The notes beneath the pieces were generated by a model. It saw only the letters and a program-made list of their open reading frames with translations, ran no database searches and was not told the origin of the DNA. A stretch of 62,509 nt of DNA, counting the filler, from Chiloscyllium plagiosum (lineage: Eukaryota), in the NCBI RefSeq assembly GCF_004010195.1. It is 3 parts of one record of this genome, joined end to end, with 100 filler letters (N's around TTAATTAATTAA, not from the genome) between each part and the next. Parts side by side here need not be neighbours in the genome. Positions count along the whole stretch, not along the records: positions 41,072 to 62,509 come from NC_057717.1; 2 more parts are not named here. One strand, given 5' to 3'. How positions within the stretch are numbered: the first letter of the stretch is position 1; each line of letters begins with the position of its first letter. This document shows, one piece after another, positions 47,934 through 60,047 of this stretch. The position numbers were made by a program, and so were the translations under genes.

Positions 47934-50900
47934 AATGAAACAAACTGCGCATTTATGTCAATGAGTTCATCTTCTCTAATTCATGCAATGCTTCGAGCTT
48001 AACTCATTCATTCAAAGAATCAAAGTGTATTCATTCATTCAATAAATTCAACTTCAATCGTACATTCAATGAATCAAACGTTTTCTTTGAATCAGTGAAA
48101 CAAACTAAACTCATACGTTCATAAATCAAGCGGCACTCATTTATTTACTGAAAAAACTGCATTCATTCATTCATTAATTCAGTGATTCAAGCTGAATTCA
48201 TTCATTCAGTCAATTAATTCAATGAAACACACTGCTCGTGTTAATTCAATGAGTAAAGCTTCTGCCTTTCATTCGATGTGTCAAGGTTAACTCATTTTTT
48301 CAATAAGTCGAGCTTCTCACACACATGCAGTGCCACGAATTCAACGCATTGATTCAAGGAAACAAACTGCATACATTCGTTCAATTAATCACACTAAACG
48401 TTTTACCCCAATGTGTAGAGATTCTCTCATTCATTCAATGTGTCAAGATTAATTCATTCACACAATGAAACAATCTGCTCGTGTTAATTCAATGAGTACA
48501 ACTTCTCTCATCCATTCAGTGCCACGAGTTTCACGCATTGATTCAATGCAACAAACGGCACCCATTCATTCAATGAAACAAAGGGGACGTGTTATTTCAA
48601 TGAGCAGAGTTTCTCTCATGTATTCAATGTCTCTTTTATAATGCTTCCATTCAATCAAACAAATTACATTCCTTCAATCATCGAATCACACCAGTCATTT
48701 ATTCAATGAAGCAAACGTTATTAATTGATTCAATGAAACACATTTTACTCATTTATTTAGTGAATCAAGCTGCACTCATTCATTCCATGAAGCACACTGC
48801 ACGTATTAATCAATAAGTCGAGCTCCTATCGGCCTTGCAATGTCATGAGTTCAACTCATTGATTCAACGAAACAAACTGCACACATTCATTCAATGAAAC
48901 AGAGTGTGTGTGTTAATTCAATGAACAGAGCTCCTGTCATTCATTCACTGTCTCCAGCTTACATTCAGTCTACATTCATTCAATAATTCAATTAAACCTC
49001 AATCATTGTTTCAATGAATCAAACGTTATGCATTTATTCATTGAGACAAATTTAACTCCTTTACTTCGTGACTCCAGCTGTAGTCATTCATTCAATGTAA
49101 CTGAACGCATGTATTAATTCTAAAAACATGGCTTCTCTCAATGTCTCGAGCTTAACTTTTTCAATCAATAAAACAAACTGCCTTTGTACATTCATTGAAA
49201 GAAACTTCAATCTTTGATTCAAAGATGCAAACGTAAATAATTAATTCAATGGACAAACTGCATGCATTCATTCACTGAAACTAAGTGCATGCATTCATTC
49301 AAAGACACAGACTGCACGTTTTAATTCAATGAGAGCTTCTCTCTTTCATTCAATGTTTCAAGCTTAACTCATTTTTTCAATGAAACAAAATGCACGTGTT
49401 AGTTCAATGAGTCGTGCTTTTCTCATCCATTCAATTTTTCAAGCTTAACTCATTCCTTCAACGAAACAAACTGCATGTGTTAATTTAATGAGTAGAGCTT
49501 CTCATGTATTCAATGTTTCTATCATGACGCTTTCATTCAAAGAAACAAGCTAAATTCATTCAAATATTGTTTCAAACTTCAATCACTGGTTCAATGAAAC
49601 AACTTTAATTCATTGATTTAGTGACGCAAACTGCACTCATTTATTCAAAGAGTAGAGCTTCTGCCATTCATTCAATGTGTCAAGTTTAACTCAACCATTC
49701 AATGAAACAAACTGCACGTGTTAATCAATGAATCGATCTTCTCTCATCCATGTAGTTCCATGAGTTCAACGCATTGATTCAATGAAACAAACTGCACACA
49801 TTCATTCAATGAAACCGACTGCACGTGTTATTTCATTGAGTAGAGCTCCTCTGACGTATTCAAAGCCTCGACCATAACGCTTTCTTTCAATGAAACAATC
49901 TGAATTTGAATCATTGATTCAAACCTCAATGAATGAATCAATGAGGTAAACGGTAATAATTGATTCAATTAAACAAACTGCACACATTCATTCAATGAAA
50001 CCAATCGCACGTGTTATTTCGTTGAGTAGAGCTCCTCCGACGTGTTCAAAGCCTCTATCATAACGCTTTCTTTCAATGAAACAATCTGAATTTGAATCAT
50101 TGACTCAAACTTCAATGACTGAATCAATGTAGCAAACGGTAATAATTGATTCAATGAAACAAACTGCACTCATTCATTCCATGAAACACATTGCACATGT
50201 TAATCAATGAGTCGAGCTTCTACTGGAATTGTAATGTCACGAGTTCAACGCATTGATTCTAATGAAACCAACTGCAGGCATTCATTCAACGAAACAGACT
50301 GCATGTGTTATTGGAGTGAGTAGAGCTCCTCTCATTCATTTAATGTGTAAAACTTAACTGATTCATTCAATGAAACAAACTGCACAAATTCATTCAATGA
50401 AACGCACTGCAAGTTTTAATTCGATGAGTAGAGCTTCTCTCATGCATTCAAAGCCTCTATCGTAACGTTTCATTCAATGAAACAATTTGTATTCATTCAG
50501 TGATTGAATCAAACTTCAACTAATTAACTCATTTATTTACTGAATCAAATTACATTAAATCATACAATGTAACACTCTGCATGTGTTAATTGAATGAGTA
50601 GAGCTTCTTCCATTTATTCAATGTGTCAAGCTGAACTCATTCATTCAACGAAACAACTAAACGGGTTAATTAATGAGTCGAGCTTCTCTCAGTCAGACAG
50701 TGCCAAGGGTTCAAACGCTTTCATTCAAAGAAACGGACTGCACATGTTAATTCTATGAACAATGCTTCTCTCATTCATTCAATGTCTCCAGCTGAACACT
50801 ATGATTGAATGAACTAATCTACATTCATTCAAACATTCAATTAAACCACAATCATTGTTTCAATGAATCAAACGTTATTCAATGATTCAATGAAACAAAC

Positions 50901-52971
50901 TTGACTCCTTTACTTAGTGAATCAAACTGCAGTTATTCATTCAGATAAACTGAACACACGTGTTAATTCAAAAAGCATAACTTCACTCAATGCCTCGAAC
51001 TTAACGCTTTCATTCAATAAAACAAACTGCATTCATTCATTGAAACAAACGTCAGTCATTGAGTCAAAGAAACAAACGTAAATAATTCATTCAATGGAAC
51101 AAACTGCACGCATTCATTCACTGAAACTAAGTGCATGCATTCATTCAAAGACACAGACTGCACGTTTTAATTCAATGAGTAGAGCTTCTCTCTTTCATTC
51201 AATGTTTCAAGCTTAACTCATTCATTCAATGAAACAAACTGCATGTGTTAATTTAATGAGTAGAGCCTCTCATGCATTCAATGTCTCTATCATGACGCTT
51301 TCATTCAAAGAAACAAGCTAAATTCATTCAATTTTTGAATCAAACCTCAATCATTGACTCAATGAAGCAAAGGTTACTAACTGATTCAATGGAACAAACT
51401 TAATTATTGATTTAGTAAATGAAACTGCATTCATTCATTCGAAGAGTAGAACTTCTGCCATTCATTCAGTGTTTTCAAGCTTAACTCAACCATTCAACGA
51501 AACAAACTGCACGTGTTAATGAATGCATTGAATGAATGAGAGAATCTCTACTCCTTGAATTAGCACGTGCAGTCTGTTTCATTGAATGAATGTGTGCAGT
51601 TTGTTTGAATGAAACAATGCGTTAAATTCGTGGCATTGCATGAATGAGTGAAGTGTGTTTCATTGAATGAATGAGCGCAGTTGGATTCACGAAATAAATC
51701 AGATAAGTTTATTTCTTTAAATCACTTAATAACGTTTCATTCATTGAATCAACGATTGACGAATGAATCAATGACTGAATTAATGCAATTTGATTCATTG
51801 AATGAAGACGTTATGATAGACGTATTGAATACACGAGAGAAGCTCTACTTATTGAATTAACACATGCAGTCTGTTTCATTGAATGAATCAGTGCAGTTTA
51901 TTCAATGTGTCAAGCTTAACTTATTCATTCAATGAAACAAACTGCACGTCTAATTAATGAGTCGACCTTATCTCATACATGCAGTGCCACTAGTTAAACG
52001 CATTGATTCAATCAAACAATCTGCACACATTCATTCAATGAAACAGACTGTACTTGTTAATTCAATGAGTTTTGAGCTTCAGTCATTCATTCAGTGTGTG
52101 AAGCTTAACTCATTCATTCAATGAAACAAACTGCATTCATTCGATCATTGTATCAAACTTCAATCATTGATTCAACGAATCAAACGTTATTCATTGATTC
52201 AACGAAACAAACTTAACTCATTTATTTAATGAATCAAACTGCATCCATCCATTCAGTGGAAGACACTGCGCGTGCTAATCTAATCAGTAGAGATTCTTTC
52301 ATTCATTCAATGCTCCGATTTTAATGCATTGAATGCAGTTTGTTTCATTGAATGAAGGAGTTTTGGTAGAATGCATTGAATACATGAGAGAAGGTCTACT
52401 CATTGCATTAACACATGCGTCTGTTTCATTGAATGAATGTGTGCTGTCTGTTTCCTTGACTAAATGAGAGAAGCTGTACTCATTGAGTTAACATATGCAG
52501 TCTATTTCATTGAATGAATGTGTGCAGTTTACTTTGAATGAAACAATGCGTTAAACTCGTGGCATTGAATGAATGGGAGAGGCCCTACTGATTCAATTAA
52601 CACGTGCAGTGTGTTTCATTGAATGAATAAGTGCAGTTTGATTCACTAAATAAATGAGTTAAGTTAATTTCTTTAAATCAATTCATAACGTTTCATTTAT
52701 TTAATCAATGATTGAAGAATGGATCAATGATTGAATTAATGCAATTTGTTTCATTGAGTGAAGAGGTTATGATAGACGTATTGCATGCATGAGAGAAGCT
52801 CTACCCATTGAATTAACACATGCAGTTTATTTAATTATCAAGCTGCACTCACTCATTCAATGAAAAACACTGGACATGTTAATTATATGAGTAGAGCTTC
52901 TGCCATTCATTCAACGTGTCAAGATTAACTCATTCATTCAATGAAACAAACGTCACGTGTTAATCAATGAG

Positions 52972-53080
52972 GTAAAAACAATGACTGCAGATGCTAAAAA
53001 CCAGATTCTGGATTAGTGGTGCTGGAAGAGCACAGCAGTTCAGGCAGCATCCGAGGAGCAGTAAAATCGACGTTTCGGAG
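52972..53080 (-). mobile_element. 109-bp Penelope-terminus/hammerhead mini-insertion in the satellite
   Basis: 7-bp target-site duplication CAATGAG at 52965-52971 and 53081-53087; same family as 16541 and 38350. Confidence 0.88.
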
Positions 53081-56000
53081 CAATGAGTCGAGCTTCTCTC
53101 CTACATGCAGTGGCACGAGGATACCGCTTCCATTCAATCATTGTATCAAACTTCAATCATTGATTCAAGAATCAAACGTTATTCATTGCTTCAAAGAAAA
53201 GGACTTAGATCATTTATTTAGTGAGTCAAACTGCACTCATTCATTCAATGCAAGAGGCTGCACGTGCTAATCCAATCAGTAGAGCTTCTCTCATTCATTC
53301 AATGCCACGACATTAACGCATTGATTCAATCAAACAAGCTGCACACATTAATTCAATGAAACAGACTGTACGTGTTAATTCAATGAGTAGTGCTTCTCTC
53401 ATTCATTCAATGAAACAAACTGCTCGTGTTAATTCAATGAGTACAGCTTCTCTCAGTCATTCAATGCCACGTGTTTAACACATTGATTCAATCAAACAAA
53501 CTACACACATTCATTCAATGAAACACACTGCACGTGTTATTTCAATGAGTAGAGCTTTTCTCATTTCATCAATGTCTCGAGCTTAACGCTTTCATTCAAT
53601 GAAACAAACTGCATTCATTCATTGAATCAAACTTCAATATGTGATTCAAAGAATCAAACGTAATTGATCGTTTCAACGATACAAACTTCAATCAGTTATT
53701 TAGAAAATCCAATTTCATTCATTCGATCAATGAATCATACTGCACTCGTTCATTCAATGAAACAAACAGCGCGCATTCTTTCAATGAAAAAGTCTTCACG
53801 AGTTGATTCAATGAGTTGAGTTTCTCTCATTCATTCAATGTATCAAGCTTAACTCATTTATTCATGAAACAAACTGCGCACATTCAATGAAACAGCCTGC
53901 ATGCTTTAATTCAATGAGTAGAGCTTCTCTCATGCATTCAATGCCTCGACTATAATGCTTTATTCAATCAAGCAAACCGCATTCATTACTCATTGATAAC
54001 AATTTCAATCAATGATTCAATGCAACAAACATAACTCGTTGATGTAATGAATCAAACTGCACTCATTCATTCAATGAAACACACTGCATGTGTTAATTCA
54101 ATGACTAGAGTTTCTGCCATTCATTCAATATGCAAGATTAAGGCATTCATTCAATGAAAACAACTGCACATGTTAGTCAATGAGTCGAGCTTCTCTCACA
54201 CATGCAGTGCCACGACTTCAATGCATTAATTCATTCAATGAGCTTAATTCATTCGTTCAAAGAATCAAAATGCATTTATTCATTAAAGAATCAAACTTCA
54301 ATTGTATAATTAATGAATGGAAAGTTATTCATTGTTTCAATGAAAGTAACTTAACACATCCATTCAATGACTCCAACTGCACTCAGTCATTCAATGAATC
54401 AAACGTTATTTAATGATTCAAGGAAATAAACAACTCAAGCTCGGTGTATTGTATCCATGAGCTTAGCTTTACGCATTGAAATAAAACGTGCAGTTTGCTT
54501 CATTGCAGTACTGAGTTCAGTTTGATTCACTAAATGATTGAATGAAAGCAGATTGCTTCAGTAAGCGAGTGTAGTTTGATTCATTAATTGGATGAGTTAA
54601 CTTTGTTTCATTGAATCAATAAGCTGGACGCATTGAATGAATGAGAGAAGCTCTACTCTTTGAATTAACACATGCAATTTGTTCCATTTATTGACTGAAT
54701 GCAGTTTGATTCATTGAATGAATGCAAACAGTTGGATTTATTAAATGAATAAATCAAGTTTATTTCACTGAATCAATAAATAATGTGTGATTCATTGAAT
54801 GTACGATTGAAGTTTGATTCCATGAATGAATGAAAGCAGATTGTTTAATTGAATGAATGCGTTAAGTTCGTGACTTTGTCTTCATGAGATATGCAGTACG
54901 CATCAAAATAACACGTGCAGTTTGCTTCATTGAATCAATGAATAACGGTTGATTCATTGAATGTATGATTATTCAGTGAATGAATGCATGCAGATTGTTT
55001 CATTGAGTGAGTGTGTTAAGTTTGAGACATTGAATAATTGAGATAGGCTCCATTCATTGAATTAAAACTTGAATATTGTTTCATTAAATGAAAGATTGCT
55101 GTTTGATGCATTGAATGAATGAATGCAGTTCGATTCATTAAATGAACGTGTTAAGTTTGTTCCATTGAATAAATTAATAACGTTTGATTAATTCAATGTA
55201 CGACTGAATTTGGATTCATGAATGAATGAATGCACTTTGATTCTTCTAATGAATGAGTTAAGCTCAATGAATTGTACAAATTCGAGAAGAATTACTCGTT
55301 GAATTAACTCGCACAATTTGGTCCATTGAATGACTGAGTGCAATTTGATTCATTGAATGTATGACTGCAGTTCGATTCATTAAATGAATGTGTTAAGTTT
55401 GTTTCATTGAATCAATGAATAAGTTTGATTCATTGAATGTAAGATTGTAGTTTGATTCAATGAATGAATGCAGTTTGTTTCATTGAGTCAACACGTGAAG
55501 CTGGAGACAGTGAATTATTGAGATAAGCTCTACTCATTGAACTAACACGTGCAGTTTGTTTCATTGCAATAATGAGTTCGGTTTGATTCACTGAATGAAT
55601 GATTGAATGAATGCAGTTTGCTTCAGTGAATGAATGAGTACAGTTCGCTTCATTAAATGTTTGAGTTACAATATATAACGTTTGATTCATTCAATGAATG
55701 AATGAATGCAATTTCATTCGTTAAAAGAGCGAGTCACGGTTGTTTAATGGAATCAATGAATAGCGTTTGATTAAATGAATGAATGATTGAAGTTTGATTC
55801 AATGAATGAACGTAATCAGTTTGATTCCTTGAATGAATGAGTTAAGCTTGAGACATTGGATTAATGAGAAAAGCTCTAATCATTGAATTAACACTTTTTG
55901 TTTGTTTCATTGAATGACTGAGTGCAGTTTGCTTCATTTAATGAATGAATGAATGCTGTTGGACTCAACAACTGAATGAATGCAGTTTGTATCATTGAAT

Positions 56001-57890
56001 GGATGCGTTAAGTTCGAGACATTGAATTAATTGATTAAGGTCTACTCATTGAATTAACGCGTGCAGTTTGTTTCATTGAATGAATGAGTTCAGTGTGATT
56101 CACTGAATAAATGCAGTCTGTTTCAGTCAATAAATGAGAGATGTTTGCTTCATTAAATGTATGAGTTAAGTTTACTTCTTGGAATCAATAAATAACGTTT
56201 GATTCATTGAATTAATTATTAAAATTTGATTGAATGAATGCTGTTTGATTCTTTGAATGAATGTGTTGAATTCAATGCATTGAATGAATGAATGAATGAA
56301 GCTCTGCTCATTGAATGTATGAGTGCAGTCTGATTCATTAAACGTATGAGTTAAGTTTGTTTCATTGGATGAGTAAATAACGTTTGATTCATTGAATGAA
56401 TGATCGAGGTTTGATTTAATGAATGAATGAATGCAGTTTGTTCTATTTAATGAATGCGTTCAGTTAGAAACATTGAATGAATGAGAGAAGCTCAACTCAT
56501 TTAATTAATACGAGCTATTTGCTTCATTGAATGAATGAATGCAGTTTGATTCATTAAATTAACGTATTAAGTTTGTTTCATTGTATCAGTGAATACAGGT
56601 TGGTTGATTGAATGCAAGATTGAAGTTTGATTCAATGAATGAATAAATGCTGTGTGTTTCTTTGAATGAATGCCTCAAGCGCGAGGCATTGATTTTCTGA
56701 GATAAGCTCTTCTTATTGAATGAACACATTGCAGATTGTTTCATTGAACGAAGGAGTTCAGTTTGATTCACTGAATGAATGAATGAATGGGTGTAGTTTG
56801 TTTCAGAAAATAAATAAATGCAGATTGATTTACTAATTCATTCACTGAATCAATAAAACACGTTTGGTTCATTGAATGAATGATTGACATTTGATTCTTT
56901 GAGTGAATGAGTTCATTTCGACGACTTGTATGAACGAGGTAAGATCTACTCATTGAATTAACACTTGCAATTGGCTTCATTGAATGACTGAGTGCAGTTT
57001 GATTCATTGAATGAATGAATGCAGTTGGATTCATTAAATGAATGTTTTAAGTTTGTTTCATTGAATCAACGAATAAGTATTGATTCATTGAATGTACGAT
57101 TGAAGATTTATTCAATGAATGAAAGCATGCGGATTGTTGCATTGAGTGAAAGCGTTAACTTCGAGATATGGATTTTGTTGACGACGCATTGAATTAAAAC
57201 GTGCAGCTTGTTTCATTGAATGAATGCATGCAGTTTGATTCATTGAAAGCATGAATGAAAGCAGTTTTTTCAGTAAATAAATGAGGTTTTTTCATTGAAT
57301 GAAAGGGAAATGCTTAACTCATTGAATTAACATATGCAGTATATCTCATTGAATGACTGAGTGCAGTTTGATTAATTGACTGAATGCAGTTGGATTTATT
57401 ACATGAATGTATTAAGATTGTTACATTGATTGAATGAATGACGTTTGATTCATTAAAAGTACGATTGAAGTTTGATTCAATGAATGAATGCATTTTGTTT
57501 CATTGAATGAATGAGAGAAGCTCTACTCGTTGAATTAACACGTGCAGTGTGGGAAACTGAATGAATGACGCAGTAAGATTCATTGAATGAATGTATGAAT
57601 GAAGCTTGATTCGTTCAATGAATGAGTGCAGTTTGATTCAATAAATGTTTGAGATTAGTTTGATTCATTGCATCAAGGCATAACATTTGATTCATTGCAT
57701 ACATGACCGTAGTTTGCTTCAATGCATGAGAATGTAGTTTGATTCTCTGAATGAATAAACTTGAGACATTGAATGACTGAGCGAGCTCTACTCATTGAAT
57801 TAATACGTGCAGTTTGCTTCATTGAATGGATGAGTGGAGGTTGATTCATTAAATATCTGAGTTAAGTTTGTTTCATTGAATCAATATATT

Positions 57891-58392
57891 CATAGAGTCA
57901 TAGAGATGTACAGAATGGAAACAGACCCTTCGGTCCAATCTGTCCATGCCGACCACATATCCCAACCCAATCTGGTCCCACCTGCCAGCATTCAGCCCAG
58001 ATCCCTCCATACGTTTCCTATTCATATACCCATCAAAATACCTCTTAAATGTTGCAATTGTACCAGCCTCCACCACATCCTCTGGCAGCTCATTCCAGAC
58101 ACATACCATGCTCTGTGTGAACAAGTTGCCCCTGAGGTCTCTTTCATATCTTTCCCCTCTCACCCTAAACCTATGCCCTCTAGTTCTGGGCTCCACAACC
58201 CCAGGGAAAAGTCTTTGTCTATTTATCCTATCCATGCCCCTCATAATTTTGCAAACCTCTATAAGTTCACCCCTCAGCCTCCGCCGCTCCAGGGAAAACA
58301 GCCCCAGCCTGTTCAGCCTCTCCGTGTGGATCCTCAGATCCTCCAACCCTCGCAACATCGTTGAAAATCATTTCTGAACCATTTCAAGTTTC
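57891..58392 (-). mobile_element. CR1/HER1-type LINE 3' end inserted in the satellite
   Basis: ORF 57873-58358 contains RLGLFSLERRRLRGELIEV...VWNELPEDVVEAG; tail CATAGAGTCATAGAG. Confidence 0.95.
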
Positions 58393-59547
58393 GTAATAAA
58401 TGATTGAAGTTTAAATCAATGAATGGATGAATGCAGTTTTATTCTTTGAATGAGGGAGTTAAGCTCGAGACATTGGAAGAATGAGAGAAGCTCTGCTCAT
58501 TGAATCGTGCAGCTTGTATCGTTAAATGAATGATTGCAGTTTGATTCATTGAATGAATTAATCAATGCAGTTTGATTAATAAAACAAATGAATGCAGTTT
58601 TCATTGAATCAATGAATAACGTTTGATTCATTGAATGAATGATTGAAGTTCGATTCAATGCATGAATGAATGCAATTTGTTTCATTGAATAAAAGCGTTG
58701 AGCTCAAACGTTGAAAAAAATGAGAGAATTAACACGTGCACTCTGTACCATTGAATGACCGCATGCAGTTTGTTTCATGGAATCGATGCGTTAAAATCGT
58801 GGCATTGAATGAATGCGAGAAGCTGTACTCATTGCATTAACACGTGCAGTTCGTTTAACTGAAAGAATGAATTAAGCTCGAGACATTGAATGAATGAGAG
58901 GAGCTTTACTCATTGAATTGACACGTGCAGCCAGTTCCATTGAATAAATGCGTGCAGTTTGTTTCATTGAATGAATGAGTTAAGCTCGTGGCATTGAATG
59001 AATGATAGAAACTCTACTCATGTGCATTGTTTTTCATTATATGAATGAGTGCAGTTTGATTCATTAAAAGTATGAGTTAAATTTGTCTCATTGAAGCAAT
59101 GAATAGCGTTTGATTCATTGAATGAATGACTGAAGTCTTAATCAATGAATGAATGAAAGCTGTGTGTTTCATTTAATAGTATTCAGCGTGAGATATTGAA
59201 TGAATGAGAGAAGCTCTACTCATTGACTTATCACATGCAGTTTGTTTCATTAAACAAATGAGTGCAGTTTGAGTAATTAAGTGTAGGAGTTTAGTATGAT
59301 TCATTGAATCAATGCATAACATTTAATTCATTGCATGAATGACTGTAGTTTGATTCAATGCATGAATGAATGAAGTTTGATTCTCTGAATGAATGAGTTA
59401 AGTTGATACATTGAATGACAGATCTCTACTCGTTGAATCAACACGTGCAGTTTTCTTCATTGAATGTATGGGTGCAGTTTGATTCATTGAATGAATGAGT
59501 TAAACTTGAGACATTGAAGGAATGAGAGAAGCTCCACTGATTGAATT

Positions 59548-60047
59548 NNNNNNNNNNNNNNNNNNNNNNNNNNNNNNNNNNNNNNNNNNNNNNNNNNNNN
59601 NNNNNNNNNNNNNNNNNNNNNNNNNNNNNNNNNNNNNNNNNNNNNNNNNNNNNNNNNNNNNNNNNNNNNNNNNNNNNNNNNNNNNNNNNNNNNNNNNNNN
59701 NNNNNNNNNNNNNNNNNNNNNNNNNNNNNNNNNNNNNNNNNNNNNNNNNNNNNNNNNNNNNNNNNNNNNNNNNNNNNNNNNNNNNNNNNNNNNNNNNNNN
59801 NNNNNNNNNNNNNNNNNNNNNNNNNNNNNNNNNNNNNNNNNNNNNNNNNNNNNNNNNNNNNNNNNNNNNNNNNNNNNNNNNNNNNNNNNNNNNNNNNNNN
59901 NNNNNNNNNNNNNNNNNNNNNNNNNNNNNNNNNNNNNNNNNNNNNNNNNNNNNNNNNNNNNNNNNNNNNNNNNNNNNNNNNNNNNNNNNNNNNNNNNNNN
60001 NNNNNNNNNNNNNNNNNNNNNNNNNNNNNNNNNNNNNNNNNNNNNNN
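59548..60047. other. 500-N scaffold gap
   Basis: Exactly 500 N, so the adjacency across it is not demonstrated by sequence. Confidence 0.98.

Larger units (their letters stand above)
41437..59547. repeat. ~18-kb satellite of 27-bp variant monomers in alternating orientation blocks
   Basis: Recurrent 27-mers include GTTTGTTTCATTGAATGAATGAGTGCA, GTTTGATTCATTGAATGAATGATTGAA, GTTTGTTTCATTGAATCAATGAATAAC, GCTCGAGACATTGAATGAATGAGAGAA and GCTCTACTCATTGAATTAACACGTGCA, plus their reverse complements. Confidence 0.95.

Noticed and set aside
41437..59547. Regularly spaced palindromic repeats suggestive of a CRISPR array, or ORFs rich in N/S/F/H/M
   Set aside because: There are no unique spacers and no cas genes, and the context is vertebrate; the ORFs are translations of the satellite
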